From SAR86 cluster bacterium (GTDB lineage Bacteria; Pseudomonadota; Gammaproteobacteria; Magnimaribacterales; D2472), in assembly GCA_023703615.1 (NCBI GenBank), contig CP097971.1:918315-982314 (forward strand): a stretch of 64,000 bases of DNA, given 5' to 3'. How positions within the stretch are numbered: position 1 is the first letter of the stretch; each line of letters begins with the position of its first letter. The notes beneath the pieces are model-generated. The model saw only the letters and a list, made by a program, of their open reading frames with translations, was not told the DNA's origin and did no database searches. Both the position numbers and the translations under genes were made by a program. Positions 37,422-47,803 of the stretch are shown here, piece by piece.

Positions 37422-38609
37422 TTACATTTTTTGATCTAAGTTTTTTCCTTTCTCGATATGCTCAAAGTCTGGCAAAATATTCTTAAATAAAAGAACCAAT
37501 TCTTTTTTAGACCAACTTTCTGATAACCTTATCTTATTAATTTCTCTAATAAAAAAATTGAGTTTGTTATTAGAGAAATCATGAGAGTTTTTAACAATGC
37601 CCATATTGATGAATCTATCTAAATCTAACTTTTCATTCTCAGTATAGAATTCTTCAAAATCTTTTTCTCCGGTAGTATCACTTTTAAAGAAGTAACATGG
37701 CCACTTTTTCATAGAAATCAATTCTTTACTCCTTATTCTGGCCTCTTCTTCTGTTTCACATTCATATACATCATAGCCATAGAATGCCAAAAATTTCTCA
37801 GCAATAGAGGAGAATGTGATTAAATCTAATTCTTCGTTAAGTTTTGGGAATAAGATATCTCTGTTTTCTCCCAACAGACATGAAACTAGGCATAATTCGC
37901 CTGATTCCTGCTTTGTTACAAAATACCTTCTAACATCATTTGGTGCAGCAATTGGCTGATTGTTAAGAAATCTTTTATTAAAACCATGCAAGAGAGATCC
38001 ATCAGAAAATGCAACATTTGCAAATCTAGCTGTAGAAATATCTATATTTTCACTTTCTTTCATTAAAAAAAGTTCCATTATCCTTTTTGAAGCTCCCATC
38101 ATATTGACTGGATTAGAAGCTTTGTCAGTAGAAACACAAAAGTATTTTGATGTATTAATATTTTTTGCTATTTCTATCGTTTTGATTGTATTTAAAATAT
38201 TAACGTCGATCATTCTCATTAGTGTGAAAGGATCTTTTTCACTTCTTACATGTTTTAAGGCTGAAAGATTAAGTATATAGTCATATTCATTCTCATTAGT
38301 TAAAAGAACTTCAAACTCTCTGCTTCCACAATCAAGTGCAAAGGTTTTAAAATCTCCACTAATATATCCATAAGTGCTTCTTATATTTCTTACTAATTCG
38401 ACTAAGTTATTTTCACTTATATCAACTGCATGAAGCTTTAATGGATTCCTCTTAAAAATCTCTTTTACAGTTGCTTGACCAATTGTGCCAGCAGCTCCAA
38501 TAACAAGAAATTTACTAGAGCTTACTATTTGATTAAGTTTTTTGTTAATATTTTTTATATCTTCTTTGAAGAGATGTTCTTTACGATTGATTAGTTTTAA
38601 ATAATCCAT
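37422..38609 (-). CDS. CapD/PseB-type polysaccharide biosynthesis NDP-sugar 4,6-dehydratase/epimerase
   Basis: 'FLVIGAAGTIGQATVKEI', 'STDKASNPVNMMGASKRIMELF' (Polysacc_synt_2 pattern). Start moved to the internal ATG (MDYLKL) to remove a 47-nt overlap. Confidence 0.75.
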   Translation of the reverse strand: MDYLKLINRKEHLFKEDIKNINKKLNQIVSSSKFLVIGAAGTIGQATVKEIFKRNPLKLHAVDISENNLVELVRNIRSTYGYISGDFKTFALDCGSREFEVLLTNENEYDYILNLSALKHVRSEKDPFTLMRMIDVNILNTIKTIEIAKNINTSKYFCVSTDKASNPVNMMGASKRIMELFLMKESENIDISTARFANVAFSDGSLLHGFNKRFLNNQPIAAPNDVRRYFVTKQESGELCLVSCLLGENRDILFPKLNEELDLITFSSIAEKFLAFYGYDVYECETEEEARIRSKELISMKKWPCYFFKSDTTGEKDFEEFYTENEKLDLDRFINMGIVKNSHDFSNNKLNFFIREINKIRLSESWSKKELVLLFKNILPDFEHIEKGKNLDQKM

Positions 38610-38631
38610 GGAATTTATATTATGTAATATT

Positions 38632-39399
38632 TTATTGTAATTCTTTATTCTTCTTGAAGGCAAAAATATATTGACCAAATCGATTTAGTATTTTTTTTAG
38701 TAAAAATAAAAATATATTAAATTTTATTTTATTTTTCTTAAAGGATTTTATAACTTCTAAATTTTGGTTAAAGATACTTCTGATGTTACCATTTGAAGCT
38801 CCACCAACCCTCATTCTTACAAGAGTCTCAGGTATATATTTTGTCTTAATTTTGTCTATTTCCATTAATTTTGACATTAATTCAACATCTGCAGAAACTG
38901 AATATACTATATCGAATCTATTTTTTCCTAAAATTGAAGTCTTAATGTAAAAAGTTGGATGAGGTGGAGACCAGCCTAGTCCAAAACTTCCTTCAAGAAA
39001 ATCATTAGATTTCCAATATCTAATAACCTTATCATTATCCTTATCTACATATACCAAATCAGAAAAGCATGCATCTATGTTATCTGTTAAGGCTGATACA
39101 ATTAGGTGGACAGCTTCATTTGTGAAAAATGTATCATCAGAATTAAGGAACCCAACTATTTCTCCAGTTGCATTGTTCAACCCTTTATTCATTGCGTCAT
39201 AAATTCCATTATCAGGCTCTGAAATAACTTTAATATTTTTGTTGTCAAAATTATCAATGATTTGCATGGTACTGTCTGTTGATTGACCATCAATAATAAT
39301 ATGCTCTATATCTTTATATGATTGATTTTTTACCGAATTTAAAGTGTCGAGTATGGTTCTTTCACTATTGAAAGTTGATGTGATTATTGAGACTTTCAT
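38632..39399 (-). CDS. family 2 glycosyltransferase
   Basis: 'VSIITSTFNSERTILDTLNSVKNQSY...IIIDGQSTD', 'DNGIYDAMNKG' and 'FLNSDD'. Confidence 0.85.
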   Translation of the reverse strand: MKVSIITSTFNSERTILDTLNSVKNQSYKDIEHIIIDGQSTDSTMQIIDNFDNKNIKVISEPDNGIYDAMNKGLNNATGEIVGFLNSDDTFFTNEAVHLIVSALTDNIDACFSDLVYVDKDNDKVIRYWKSNDFLEGSFGLGWSPPHPTFYIKTSILGKNRFDIVYSVSADVELMSKLMEIDKIKTKYIPETLVRMRVGGASNGNIRSIFNQNLEVIKSFKKNKIKFNIFLFLLKKILNRFGQYIFAFKKNKELQ

Positions 39400-40493
39400 C
39401 TTGATTTAATAATATCGATCATACTTATGAAGTTATCTTTCATATGGTCAAGTGTATATTTGCTTTCAACAATATTAATACAATTTGCTGAAAGGTTTTC
39501 TCTATCACATTCATTAAGTGTTTTCTGCAAAGCCTTTACAAGTGAATCAACATCATGATTTAAAAATGATATTCCTGTAATTTTATTTGTAAATGCACAA
39601 AATTCTGGCATTTGTTGCCTCCAGTTGTTGTGAACTACTGATGGAAGACCATAGCTCATGGCATGAATAAGGCTAAGACCAACCTGTCCAGGATAGCAAA
39701 ATATTTTTGATCGATTTGCATACCGAGATATGTCTTTTTCATTAGAGCTTCCATTAACGACAAAGACTCTATTATTTAATCCATGATTAGAAATCTCATT
39801 ACTAATAAATAATTTCTCTGCATCATCTTGGGCTCCCATGAGAGTCAGGTTAAAATCTTTACACCTGCTATCTTGCATAGCTTTAAGAAGAATCTCTATG
39901 TTGGCTTTAGGCGCAATTCGTCCTAGAAATAATATGTCTATATCCCTTCTTTTATCATTTAAAAGATATCGATTTCTATACTTAATAATATTTTCAAGAT
40001 CTACTCCATTATTCAAATAAAAAATGTTGTTTTTTCTTTTATGCTCCTTAATAAAATATTCCACTTCTTTGTCTGTATAGAATAATACATAAGGAATCAA
40101 TTTTATTAATTTATAACGAAGAGAAGCTTTGTAATGTTTTGATGAAGCACTCCAATAATGACCCCACCAAACTAACTTAGCACCTTTTAACCATGATCTT
40201 ATAATAATTATAAAATTAGAAATTATTCTAATTGAGCCTTCAATTATTATAATATCGTTCTTATTAATATCTAACTTAAAAACTCCTGATTGCCAAAATG
40301 CACCTGGAACTTCATAAGTTTTTCCAATTTCATAAATCCATGTATATTTATCTTTAGAACTCTTCATCAATGGCCCTCTTCCTTTATTAAAGGAAGTATG
40401 GACCTGAAAATCATTTCCATAAACAAAATGAAGTTTTTTAAAAAAAGTTTGTCTGTAGGTGGGGACAATTTTTTGAATGATCTTTATTTTCAC
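39396..40493 (-). CDS. GT-B (family 4-like) glycosyltransferase
   Basis: C-terminal 'PGQVGLSLIHAMSYGLPSVV' sugar-donor motif. 365 aa. Confidence 0.7.
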   Translation of the reverse strand: MKIKIIQKIVPTYRQTFFKKLHFVYGNDFQVHTSFNKGRGPLMKSSKDKYTWIYEIGKTYEVPGAFWQSGVFKLDINKNDIIIIEGSIRIISNFIIIIRSWLKGAKLVWWGHYWSASSKHYKASLRYKLIKLIPYVLFYTDKEVEYFIKEHKRKNNIFYLNNGVDLENIIKYRNRYLLNDKRRDIDILFLGRIAPKANIEILLKAMQDSRCKDFNLTLMGAQDDAEKLFISNEISNHGLNNRVFVVNGSSNEKDISRYANRSKIFCYPGQVGLSLIHAMSYGLPSVVHNNWRQQMPEFCAFTNKITGISFLNHDVDSLVKALQKTLNECDRENLSANCINIVESKYTLDHMKDNFISMIDIIKSR

Positions 40494-41884
40494 AAGACTT
40501 TTTTCTTTCTGCCATTCTTAATTTGAATAAAGTTATATAATTGAGGAACTAATTTAAATAATATTATTATTATAAAAATAGATAAAGCCATTTTTAAACC
40601 TCCTGCGATCGTCGCTCGCACTGCATAGAAGCAACAAAAAACATAAATAATTGCATAAAATGCTGAGAATTCTCCTAAACTTGAAGTTGCCTTTCTTGCA
40701 AAAATACTCAATAAATTAATTATTTCGCAATATATAAATCCAATGATAAATGATATGAAAGGTATAAAGCTTACCGTAGCAATCATTCCTATAATATACC
40801 AAGTACCAAAAGGGGTGAGTTCATATTCACGACTTATATTAATAAAATCCATATAGGCATATTTATTAGAAAATATCTGAGATGGGATCATTTGTATAAA
40901 AAAGTCATTTAATAAACTCGACATGGGTAAATATCCATCTAGCGAGGAATGAATAACAATAAGTAGGTTATAAAATGTGTAATATGTTTCAGATAGAAAT
41001 AGTGAAAAAGATAATTTAAATATTAAAGGTAAGTCGTTCAATATGGTAAATATTAGTCCCACGTCTTTATTTACTCTATAGCTTACAGTAATAGCAAATA
41101 CAGTAACTATTAGAGAAATGATGGCTAAATATTTTGTAAGTCTTTTAATATTAGTCATTGATAGTAGACTTGTTTTTATTCGAGCTTGATATATTAATTG
41201 TGAAATAAAAAGAATAAGTAATCCCCAGAATATTGTTTGCCTTGTTCCCATATATGCAAAAACTGCCATGATTAAAAATAAAGGAATGACTTTAGATATT
41301 GATAATTTTCCTGTGGTCGCAATAAAAACAGCATAAATAGAGAAAATAAAATAACTCATAAAAAATGTTAAGCTCACTCCTTCTAAGGTGTATTCGGAGC
41401 TTATTCGGTTCCAGTCTAGAAATAATAGTGTTACAAAAAAAAGAATATAGCTAATGTATAGTTTCCAGTCATATTTACTTAAATTTTCTTTTAAAAGTCC
41501 TTTACCATTAAGCTCACTTAGGTAATTTATAAATTTATTTTTTCTAAAAATGATATGCATACATATTCCAAGACAAAAATAACTTACAAATTGCAATGCT
41601 TTTAAATTAAGGTCATATGATTCAAGCAACGCAAAGCTTTTGTAACTTCCAATACCAACATCATGAGTATTAAATATAAAAAAATTTGTAATAGGGAAAA
41701 AAGAATAAACTGAAATCATGCCTAAAAAACCTACTCTATAATCAATTAATCCTTTTTTTATGAATAAAATTACCATTAGAAGTACTAATAAGAAGTATGA
41801 TATTAGTGGAAAAAAAAACTGAATGCATATAGTTAAGGTAAAACAGATTAAAAATAAAGGGGCGGCAACTATATTTAAATTCAT
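40490..41884 (-). CDS. polytopic membrane protein, Wzy-like O-antigen/capsule repeat-unit polymerase
   Basis: 464 aa with at least 10 hydrophobic segments, embedded between glycosyltransferases. No conserved motif can be asserted. Confidence 0.5.
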   Translation of the reverse strand: MNLNIVAAPLFLICFTLTICIQFFFPLISYFLLVLLMVILFIKKGLIDYRVGFLGMISVYSFFPITNFFIFNTHDVGIGSYKSFALLESYDLNLKALQFVSYFCLGICMHIIFRKNKFINYLSELNGKGLLKENLSKYDWKLYISYILFFVTLLFLDWNRISSEYTLEGVSLTFFMSYFIFSIYAVFIATTGKLSISKVIPLFLIMAVFAYMGTRQTIFWGLLILFISQLIYQARIKTSLLSMTNIKRLTKYLAIISLIVTVFAITVSYRVNKDVGLIFTILNDLPLIFKLSFSLFLSETYYTFYNLLIVIHSSLDGYLPMSSLLNDFFIQMIPSQIFSNKYAYMDFINISREYELTPFGTWYIIGMIATVSFIPFISFIIGFIYCEIINLLSIFARKATSSLGEFSAFYAIIYVFCCFYAVRATIAGGLKMALSIFIIIILFKLVPQLYNFIQIKNGRKKKVL

Positions 41885-43080
41885 ATACTAGATAAGATAT
41901 TAGAATATTCATTAATAGCAAGGTCTGCAGACGTATCCCATGAGAAATTTTCCATCACTCTTTTTCTAGAATTATTTCCCATTTTTATAATATCTTCTGG
42001 ACTGTCAATTAGTCTCTTAATTGCAGTAGCAAGATCTTTGGATGAATTTGGTTCAATTAATATTCCGCAGTCCCTATTAATTTGGTAAGGTATGCCGCCA
42101 ATTTTTGTTGATATTACTGGCAGATTTGAGACCATCGCTTCAAGAATAACTAATGGAAAGGTGTCAGCCCTAGATGGAAATACAAAACAATCAGCAATCT
42201 TATAGAGTGCAATTGCTTCTTCATCAGTTAAAAAATCTGTAAAAACATACCTATCCTCATTTTCCAATAAGTCACATTTAGAAATTAACAATTCATTCTC
42301 TTTTTTTGATCTTATCTTCCCTCCTATTAATATCTGAATGTCTCGATCGATATATTTTAAAGAGTTAAGTATTATATCTATACCTTTGTTATAAGTATGA
42401 TTTCCCATAAAAAGAAAGGTAGGTTTATTGGGTTTAATATTAAATTTAGAAACACATTGGTCAAGAAGATTATTACTTATCTCTATATCGTATTTTTTAT
42501 CATAGCCATTAGGAACAACGCTTATAGTATTATTAAACTTAATATTTTTATTCAATATTTCTTTTTCATTTGGAGATAATAAAAAAATTCCAGCTGCATT
42601 TTTTAGTGTTCTTAAAAAGGGAGACATTATCATTGGATATATGGCAAGCCCCTTTAGAGTGCCGATGTTATATGATTTCTTATAATCAAACATTTCTACA
42701 AAACCATGTGATGTAATGACATAGGGTATTTTATTTTTTATACATGTTTGAGCTAGTTTCCATAATGCCATTGGTGGGACTGGATTATGAAAGTGAACAA
42801 TGTCTGGTTTAAAATCTTCTATGTATTTATCAATTTCAGAAGTCCAAAAATAATTTTTTAATTGACTGGGTATGATTCCTGAAATTTTAGATAGGATATT
42901 TTGACATTTAAAGTTCTTGATTATTAAATTATCTTTTTGTTCTTCAGAGTTTTTATCAGACATTACTGCAAGTCGCACATCACAAAGCTTAGATGTTGCA
43001 ATAGATAAATTTTTTGCAGCAGTAACTGCTCCGCTAACTGAGTAACCTGGAGAGGTAATAATCACAGCAAGGACTTTCAT
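41881..43080 (-). CDS. family 4 (GT-B) glycosyltransferase
   Basis: 'FVFPSRADTFPLVILEAMVSNLPVISTKIGGIP' (EX7E region). Confidence 0.85.
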   Translation of the reverse strand: MKVLAVIITSPGYSVSGAVTAAKNLSIATSKLCDVRLAVMSDKNSEEQKDNLIIKNFKCQNILSKISGIIPSQLKNYFWTSEIDKYIEDFKPDIVHFHNPVPPMALWKLAQTCIKNKIPYVITSHGFVEMFDYKKSYNIGTLKGLAIYPMIMSPFLRTLKNAAGIFLLSPNEKEILNKNIKFNNTISVVPNGYDKKYDIEISNNLLDQCVSKFNIKPNKPTFLFMGNHTYNKGIDIILNSLKYIDRDIQILIGGKIRSKKENELLISKCDLLENEDRYVFTDFLTDEEAIALYKIADCFVFPSRADTFPLVILEAMVSNLPVISTKIGGIPYQINRDCGILIEPNSSKDLATAIKRLIDSPEDIIKMGNNSRKRVMENFSWDTSADLAINEYSNILSSI

Positions 43081-43085
43081 TAAGT

Positions 43086-44033
43086 TTAGTTTTCAAGAGA
43101 TGGAAGTGTCTCATCATCATCCCAAGTTATTTTGAGAGTATCCTTAATGTTATAACAAGGTTTCCATTTAAGAGATTTTTCTAACTTTGTAATTGAAGCT
43201 AAGATAACTGGATTATCAACTTTTCTAAATTTACTAAGATCTTTTTTAATTTCAAAATTTATACCACATATCTCCTTCACGTAGTCAAGTAATTCTCTCA
43301 TACTGTAAGTAGTTCCTGAACCAAGATTAACAATCCTGCTATCTGGAAGATCTTTAAAGTCTATAGTACATAATTTCAGAAAACCAATAGCAGCATCTCT
43401 TACATCAATAAAATCTCTCTTTGATTCAATATTGCCAAGATTTAACTCTTTTCTTCCTTTTTTTAACTGAGAAAATATTTCTGGCAAGATATGTGGATTG
43501 GTTTCCCCAGGCCCAATGACATTAAACAATCGCACTATGCATGTATCTAATTGATATCTTTCAGTATAAAGATTTACATAGTGCTCGCCATGTAATTTAC
43601 TATATCCATAAACATCCACAGGAGAAACTTTGCTTACATCCTCAATTAATTCTTTATCTGAAGGTGAATATACAGCAGCAGAGGATGTAAATATAAATTT
43701 TATATTTTTATTTAGGCATTCTAATAAATTTATAGTTGCTAATATATTAGTTGTGCAAGCTAGATCAGGCTCATTCTCACATTGAGGTATAAAATGGATC
43801 GCAGCGAGATGAACTATAATATCTGGATTAATATCTTTTATTAATAACTTTGTCTTATTTTTATCTCTTAAATCAATATGATGGAATTTAAATCTTTCTG
43901 AATTCATTTTATTAAGTCTATGTTCTCCGCTTAATAAATTATCAGCTACATGAACCTCAAACTCATCTTGAGAAATATTAACTAATTCTCTTCCAACAAA
44001 ACCATAACCGCCTGTAATTAAAAGTTTTTTCAT
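43086..44033 (-). CDS. NAD-dependent NDP-sugar epimerase/dehydratase (extended SDR)
   Basis: 'LITGGYGFVGRELV', 'TSSAAVY' and 'YGYSKLHGE' (YxxxK). Confidence 0.85.
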   Translation of the reverse strand: MKKLLITGGYGFVGRELVNISQDEFEVHVADNLLSGEHRLNKMNSERFKFHHIDLRDKNKTKLLIKDINPDIIVHLAAIHFIPQCENEPDLACTTNILATINLLECLNKNIKFIFTSSAAVYSPSDKELIEDVSKVSPVDVYGYSKLHGEHYVNLYTERYQLDTCIVRLFNVIGPGETNPHILPEIFSQLKKGRKELNLGNIESKRDFIDVRDAAIGFLKLCTIDFKDLPDSRIVNLGSGTTYSMRELLDYVKEICGINFEIKKDLSKFRKVDNPVILASITKLEKSLKWKPCYNIKDTLKITWDDDETLPSLEN

Positions 44034-44058
44034 AATATATGTATTAATTAAATACTTA

Positions 44059-44946
44059 TTATATATACTTACCCCATAATTGATTAGGTTTATAATCTTT
44101 AATTTTTTGGGATGCTTTCATATAATTTTTTATAAATAATGTGTTCCCATTGGTTTTTATATGATTCATTTTATGAAGTTCTTTATTTGAATAATCATAT
44201 CTATATGCATGGTAACCAAGATTATTAAGAAATTGAATCATTTCATTGGTTTTATGATTATACCTTAGGTTATTACCATTGATCTCTGCCAATAAACCTA
44301 TCATCTCAGGTGAATCTAAGACTTTTAAACCACCTCTGATAACTTCAAATTCTGTTCCTTCAGTGTCGATCTTAATGAATGTCGGATTCGATTCAAACTT
44401 TATATCATCAATTCTTTTGATTTCAACCTTAATAGCATCATCGCTTTCTGTAACTAAATGATTTTCAGGGCCTTTTGAATCTGTCATGAAAAAGCTACCG
44501 TTTTCATTACCAGCACCGATATTCATACAAGTAACATTCTCAAAATTATTTAATTCAATATTTTTTTTCATTCTATTGAATGAAGATGGCGAAGGTTCAA
44601 GACTAAAAGTCTTGGACTTACAAATTCCTCCTGCTAATAGAGAATAAGAACCTAAATTGCTTCCAATATCCAAAAAAACATCATCTTTATCAAGCAAGTG
44701 CAACATAAATATCATATCTTCGTATTCATGCAAACCAAAGTATAAATTCCCCGTAAATCCAGTATCACCTTTTTTACAGATAACTTTAATATCATTTACC
44801 CAACTTTCAATTAAAACAGGTCTTATTCTAGACAAAATTTGCCATCTAATAATTCTGTAAAAAGTAAAAAAAATATTTCTTTTTGCAAAAGGATGGGTAA
44901 ATGATTTGATAAAAAGATTAACCAAAGTTCTGATATTTTTTTTCAT
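44059..44946 (-). CDS. FkbM-family methyltransferase
   Basis: 'FLDIGSNLGSYSL' and 'IKIDTEGTEFEVIRG'. Start set at the ATG that overlaps the upstream stop (TAATG). Confidence 0.75.
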   Translation of the reverse strand: MKKNIRTLVNLFIKSFTHPFAKRNIFFTFYRIIRWQILSRIRPVLIESWVNDIKVICKKGDTGFTGNLYFGLHEYEDMIFMLHLLDKDDVFLDIGSNLGSYSLLAGGICKSKTFSLEPSPSSFNRMKKNIELNNFENVTCMNIGAGNENGSFFMTDSKGPENHLVTESDDAIKVEIKRIDDIKFESNPTFIKIDTEGTEFEVIRGGLKVLDSPEMIGLLAEINGNNLRYNHKTNEMIQFLNNLGYHAYRYDYSNKELHKMNHIKTNGNTLFIKNYMKASQKIKDYKPNQLWGKYI

Positions 44947-46043
44947 TATATTTTTTGCAAAAAAGACTGTTTCCAATCTATATATTTTTCAGAAATAGAA
45001 ATCAATTTAGAAAATTGGTTAGGATCTTCAAAGTCATTACGAGTCTTTTGTATTAATCTATTTCTTTCCTCAGCTAAAGATGAGGCAGCTATGCTTTTAG
45101 CACCGTATTTTTTATAAATGGGTAGTTTTAATCCTTGCGAAAGTAATTTTCTTGGAACCTTTTGTCTAGCCATTTCTTTAATTGTTTCTTTGTTGATTTT
45201 AACGTTTAAGTGGGACGATACTATATCAATCCATTTATTTGGATTTGTAACAAATTCCTCAAATGGAATAAAGATTAACCTGCTATCAAATAAATTCTCA
45301 GCAAAATCAGTATTAAAGTAAAAATCAAAAAACCTTTCGATATAATTGATTAAATTCTCCTCGTGGGTAAGATTTTCTTCATCAAGGAAGACTTCTTTGT
45401 TGGAGTAAAAATCTAAATAAGTTCTTGAGATATCTTGATCAACCGCCCTAAAGGTAAAATCTTTTTCTGAATGAGTATCAAGAATATTATTGCCTAATAT
45501 TGAAAGCTGCTCATACATTAACAAAGGATCTCTCACGGTTTCTAAAAAAAGTAATCTACTCTTAAATGCATTAGCTATAGATGGAAAAAGGGGAAGTAAA
45601 TGACAAGTTGTAAAACATGATATCGGTTTGTTATTTTTAATAATTGGAACTACGTGATCATCTCCAGCATTGAAAAGCCTTTTAAAATAATCTAATTTTT
45701 TGGTTGATCTAAACACACTTGATAGATCAGAGGGTCTAAAATTAACTGACCTTGACATCTGTTGATTATATATAGATTCGTCTACGACCATCTTAATAAA
45801 CTCCCTATAGCCTTCTGGAGACATATTATTTGAGTACAACATTGATGAAGCCCATTCTATAGGATACATAAAAGTCATTAACTCAACTTTAGGCAAAGAA
45901 GCTACTATTGGAGAAATAAGAGTTTTTCCGGAACCATTGAAACCATTTATAAATATTACAGGATTGTTAAAAGATGAGGATTTTTTTATAGATCTGTTAT
46001 TTGAATTTTTTTTATTACCAGAGAAAATGTAAAAGGGATCCAT
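44946..46043 (-). CDS. P-loop protein, putative sulfotransferase
   Basis: 'FINGFNGSGKTL' (5'-PSB-like loop) and 'VRDPLLMYEQLS' (RDP..S 3'-PB-like motif). Motif-level evidence only. Confidence 0.4.
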   Translation of the reverse strand: MDPFYIFSGNKKNSNNRSIKKSSSFNNPVIFINGFNGSGKTLISPIVASLPKVELMTFMYPIEWASSMLYSNNMSPEGYREFIKMVVDESIYNQQMSRSVNFRPSDLSSVFRSTKKLDYFKRLFNAGDDHVVPIIKNNKPISCFTTCHLLPLFPSIANAFKSRLLFLETVRDPLLMYEQLSILGNNILDTHSEKDFTFRAVDQDISRTYLDFYSNKEVFLDEENLTHEENLINYIERFFDFYFNTDFAENLFDSRLIFIPFEEFVTNPNKWIDIVSSHLNVKINKETIKEMARQKVPRKLLSQGLKLPIYKKYGAKSIAASSLAEERNRLIQKTRNDFEDPNQFSKLISISEKYIDWKQSFLQKI

Positions 46044-46355
46044 GCTGAGCTATTGATTAAATATACGACGATTATAAACATAAATCCTTTATTATTAAAT
46101 CTTATTCAAGCACTATTAAAGAATGTATGCAATTGCAATAACTTGCTTACTAGCAATGTAAGATAAAGAAATTGCATGCGTTATGGTCTGGATAGTTTTT
46201 TTACTAACTGCTAAGCAATCTTAAACAAATGAGAGGCAAATGCCCTAAGTAATAGAAACTATAATATTTTAATCTATTTATATCTAAATTAATAAAAGCT
46301 TTAACTACGATCAAAAATGTATTGAGCTAAATGTATGACATGATCAAGAATGAGT

Positions 46356-47201
46356 TTATTTTGGTTCTTGAAATTTAGAATTAATACAAATTAAACTATC
46401 ATCAATTGGGATTATTGCATAGTTTTCTGTTGCCAAATATTTAATGAAACTATTTGATGATCTTAGTAAATTAGCAGGCTCATATCTATCATGAATTTCA
46501 ATAATTATTATTGCGCACCTATCAAGCCAAGAAAGATTCTTTGAAAATATTTCATTTTCACCGCCTTCTACGTCAACCTTTAATATAAATAAATCATTTT
46601 CCTTAATGAGGTTACTTATTTCTTCTGGTCCAAATCCAGGAACAGATTCTATTGATTCTTTTTGAGATTTTGCAAACTGTTTACTCCCATATTCACTCCC
46701 ATTAATGGAACCTTGAAAGAATCCCGGTTTTGAATCAGAATTAAAGTACCCATAGATTGGAAGAAATTGTGATTTATGAATTGAATTTTCTTCAAACAAT
46801 CTAAAATTTTTTTTTAGTACATTGAAATTATTCCTATCTGCTTCGATACCAATAACTAATTCAAGGTGAGGAAAATCATTATAAATAGCCAAGCTAGCTG
46901 AGCCTATATTAGCTCCAAGGTCAATTAATACATTTGGACTTTTTGTAAGTGGAAAGGTTTTGGTATATTTTCCAATTCTATTAACTCCTATGTGAATTTC
47001 ATTCATTCTTGACATGTCTGAAGGTATTTTTCTCAGATAAATGTCTCTCTTTAATACTCTATATTTGAAAAGCTTAGTTGAATTATTAAATTTAAATTGA
47101 GTAACTGGTTTTAAAATTCTAAAAAGTATATTACCAATAATAATGCCAACTCTTCTTGCATTTGAAAATAAAAAGACCCTAATTACTGTTAATGGCTGCA
47201 T
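46356..47201 (-). CDS. FkbM-family methyltransferase
   Basis: 'LIDLGANIGSASL' and 'LKVDVEGGENEIF'. Confidence 0.7.
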   Translation of the reverse strand: MQPLTVIRVFLFSNARRVGIIIGNILFRILKPVTQFKFNNSTKLFKYRVLKRDIYLRKIPSDMSRMNEIHIGVNRIGKYTKTFPLTKSPNVLIDLGANIGSASLAIYNDFPHLELVIGIEADRNNFNVLKKNFRLFEENSIHKSQFLPIYGYFNSDSKPGFFQGSINGSEYGSKQFAKSQKESIESVPGFGPEEISNLIKENDLFILKVDVEGGENEIFSKNLSWLDRCAIIIIEIHDRYEPANLLRSSNSFIKYLATENYAIIPIDDSLICINSKFQEPK

Positions 47202-47234
47202 GACGTTATTTAATTATTTCTTATTGTTAAACAT

Positions 47235-47801
47235 CTAAATTTTACTTTTTTCGTTTTCATTAGTAAGTTGTTTTGTATAAATTATATCTTCTTTGGAGTC
47301 TTTGTACTTGATAACAATTAGTTTATTGCATTCAAAGATATTTAGTTGATTTAATTTAAAAGAATTTTTTAGCGATTTACAAAACTCTGTGTCAACTTTG
47401 CTTGTTGTAAAAAGAGTAGTTTTAGCAATCCAATCATCTCTGCCATATCCATTAAGAGCATTATATTCTATGAAGTCATTAAAAAATTTATAAACCATCT
47501 TTCTATACTCTACTAAATTAAAACTATGTTTCCACCTGAAATGAAAAACTATTTTTTTATTGATGAATATACCGATACCATTATTTTCAACATTAATTTT
47601 TGAAAATTGAGTGGAGTTGAAAATCTTTTTGATTTCTTCAGCATATTTATCTTCAATTCCTGCAAATAAAGTCAAATGAAGAGATGGCGCAATTAAATAT
47701 GAATTATTTTTAGATGTAACGCATGAGGAAAGAATTTGATCAGAGTCTTTCTTTAAATTCTTAAGTGAGTTTTCATCAAAATATAATGCGATTGCTAGCA
47801 C
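47235..47801 (-). CDS. 2H-phosphoesterase (LigT-like) superfamily-like protein with degenerate second HxT motif
   Basis: 'LAIALYFDE...APSLHLTLFAGIED' matches the first half-site. The second half-site position reads 'AKTTLF' (His replaced by Lys). GTG start 2 nt after the upstream stop. Confidence 0.4.
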   Translation of the reverse strand: MLAIALYFDENSLKNLKKDSDQILSSCVTSKNNSYLIAPSLHLTLFAGIEDKYAEEIKKIFNSTQFSKINVENNGIGIFINKKIVFHFRWKHSFNLVEYRKMVYKFFNDFIEYNALNGYGRDDWIAKTTLFTTSKVDTEFCKSLKNSFKLNQLNIFECNKLIVIKYKDSKEDIIYTKQLTNENEKSKI

Positions 47802-47803
47802 GT

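Noticed and set aside
38610-38678. 47-nt overlap between the CapD-like gene and the upstream GT2 gene implied by the ORF track.
   Set aside because: An internal ATG (MDYLKL..., 38609) removes the overlap and precedes the Rossmann motif at a normal distance. The longer form is probably an ORF-calling artefact.
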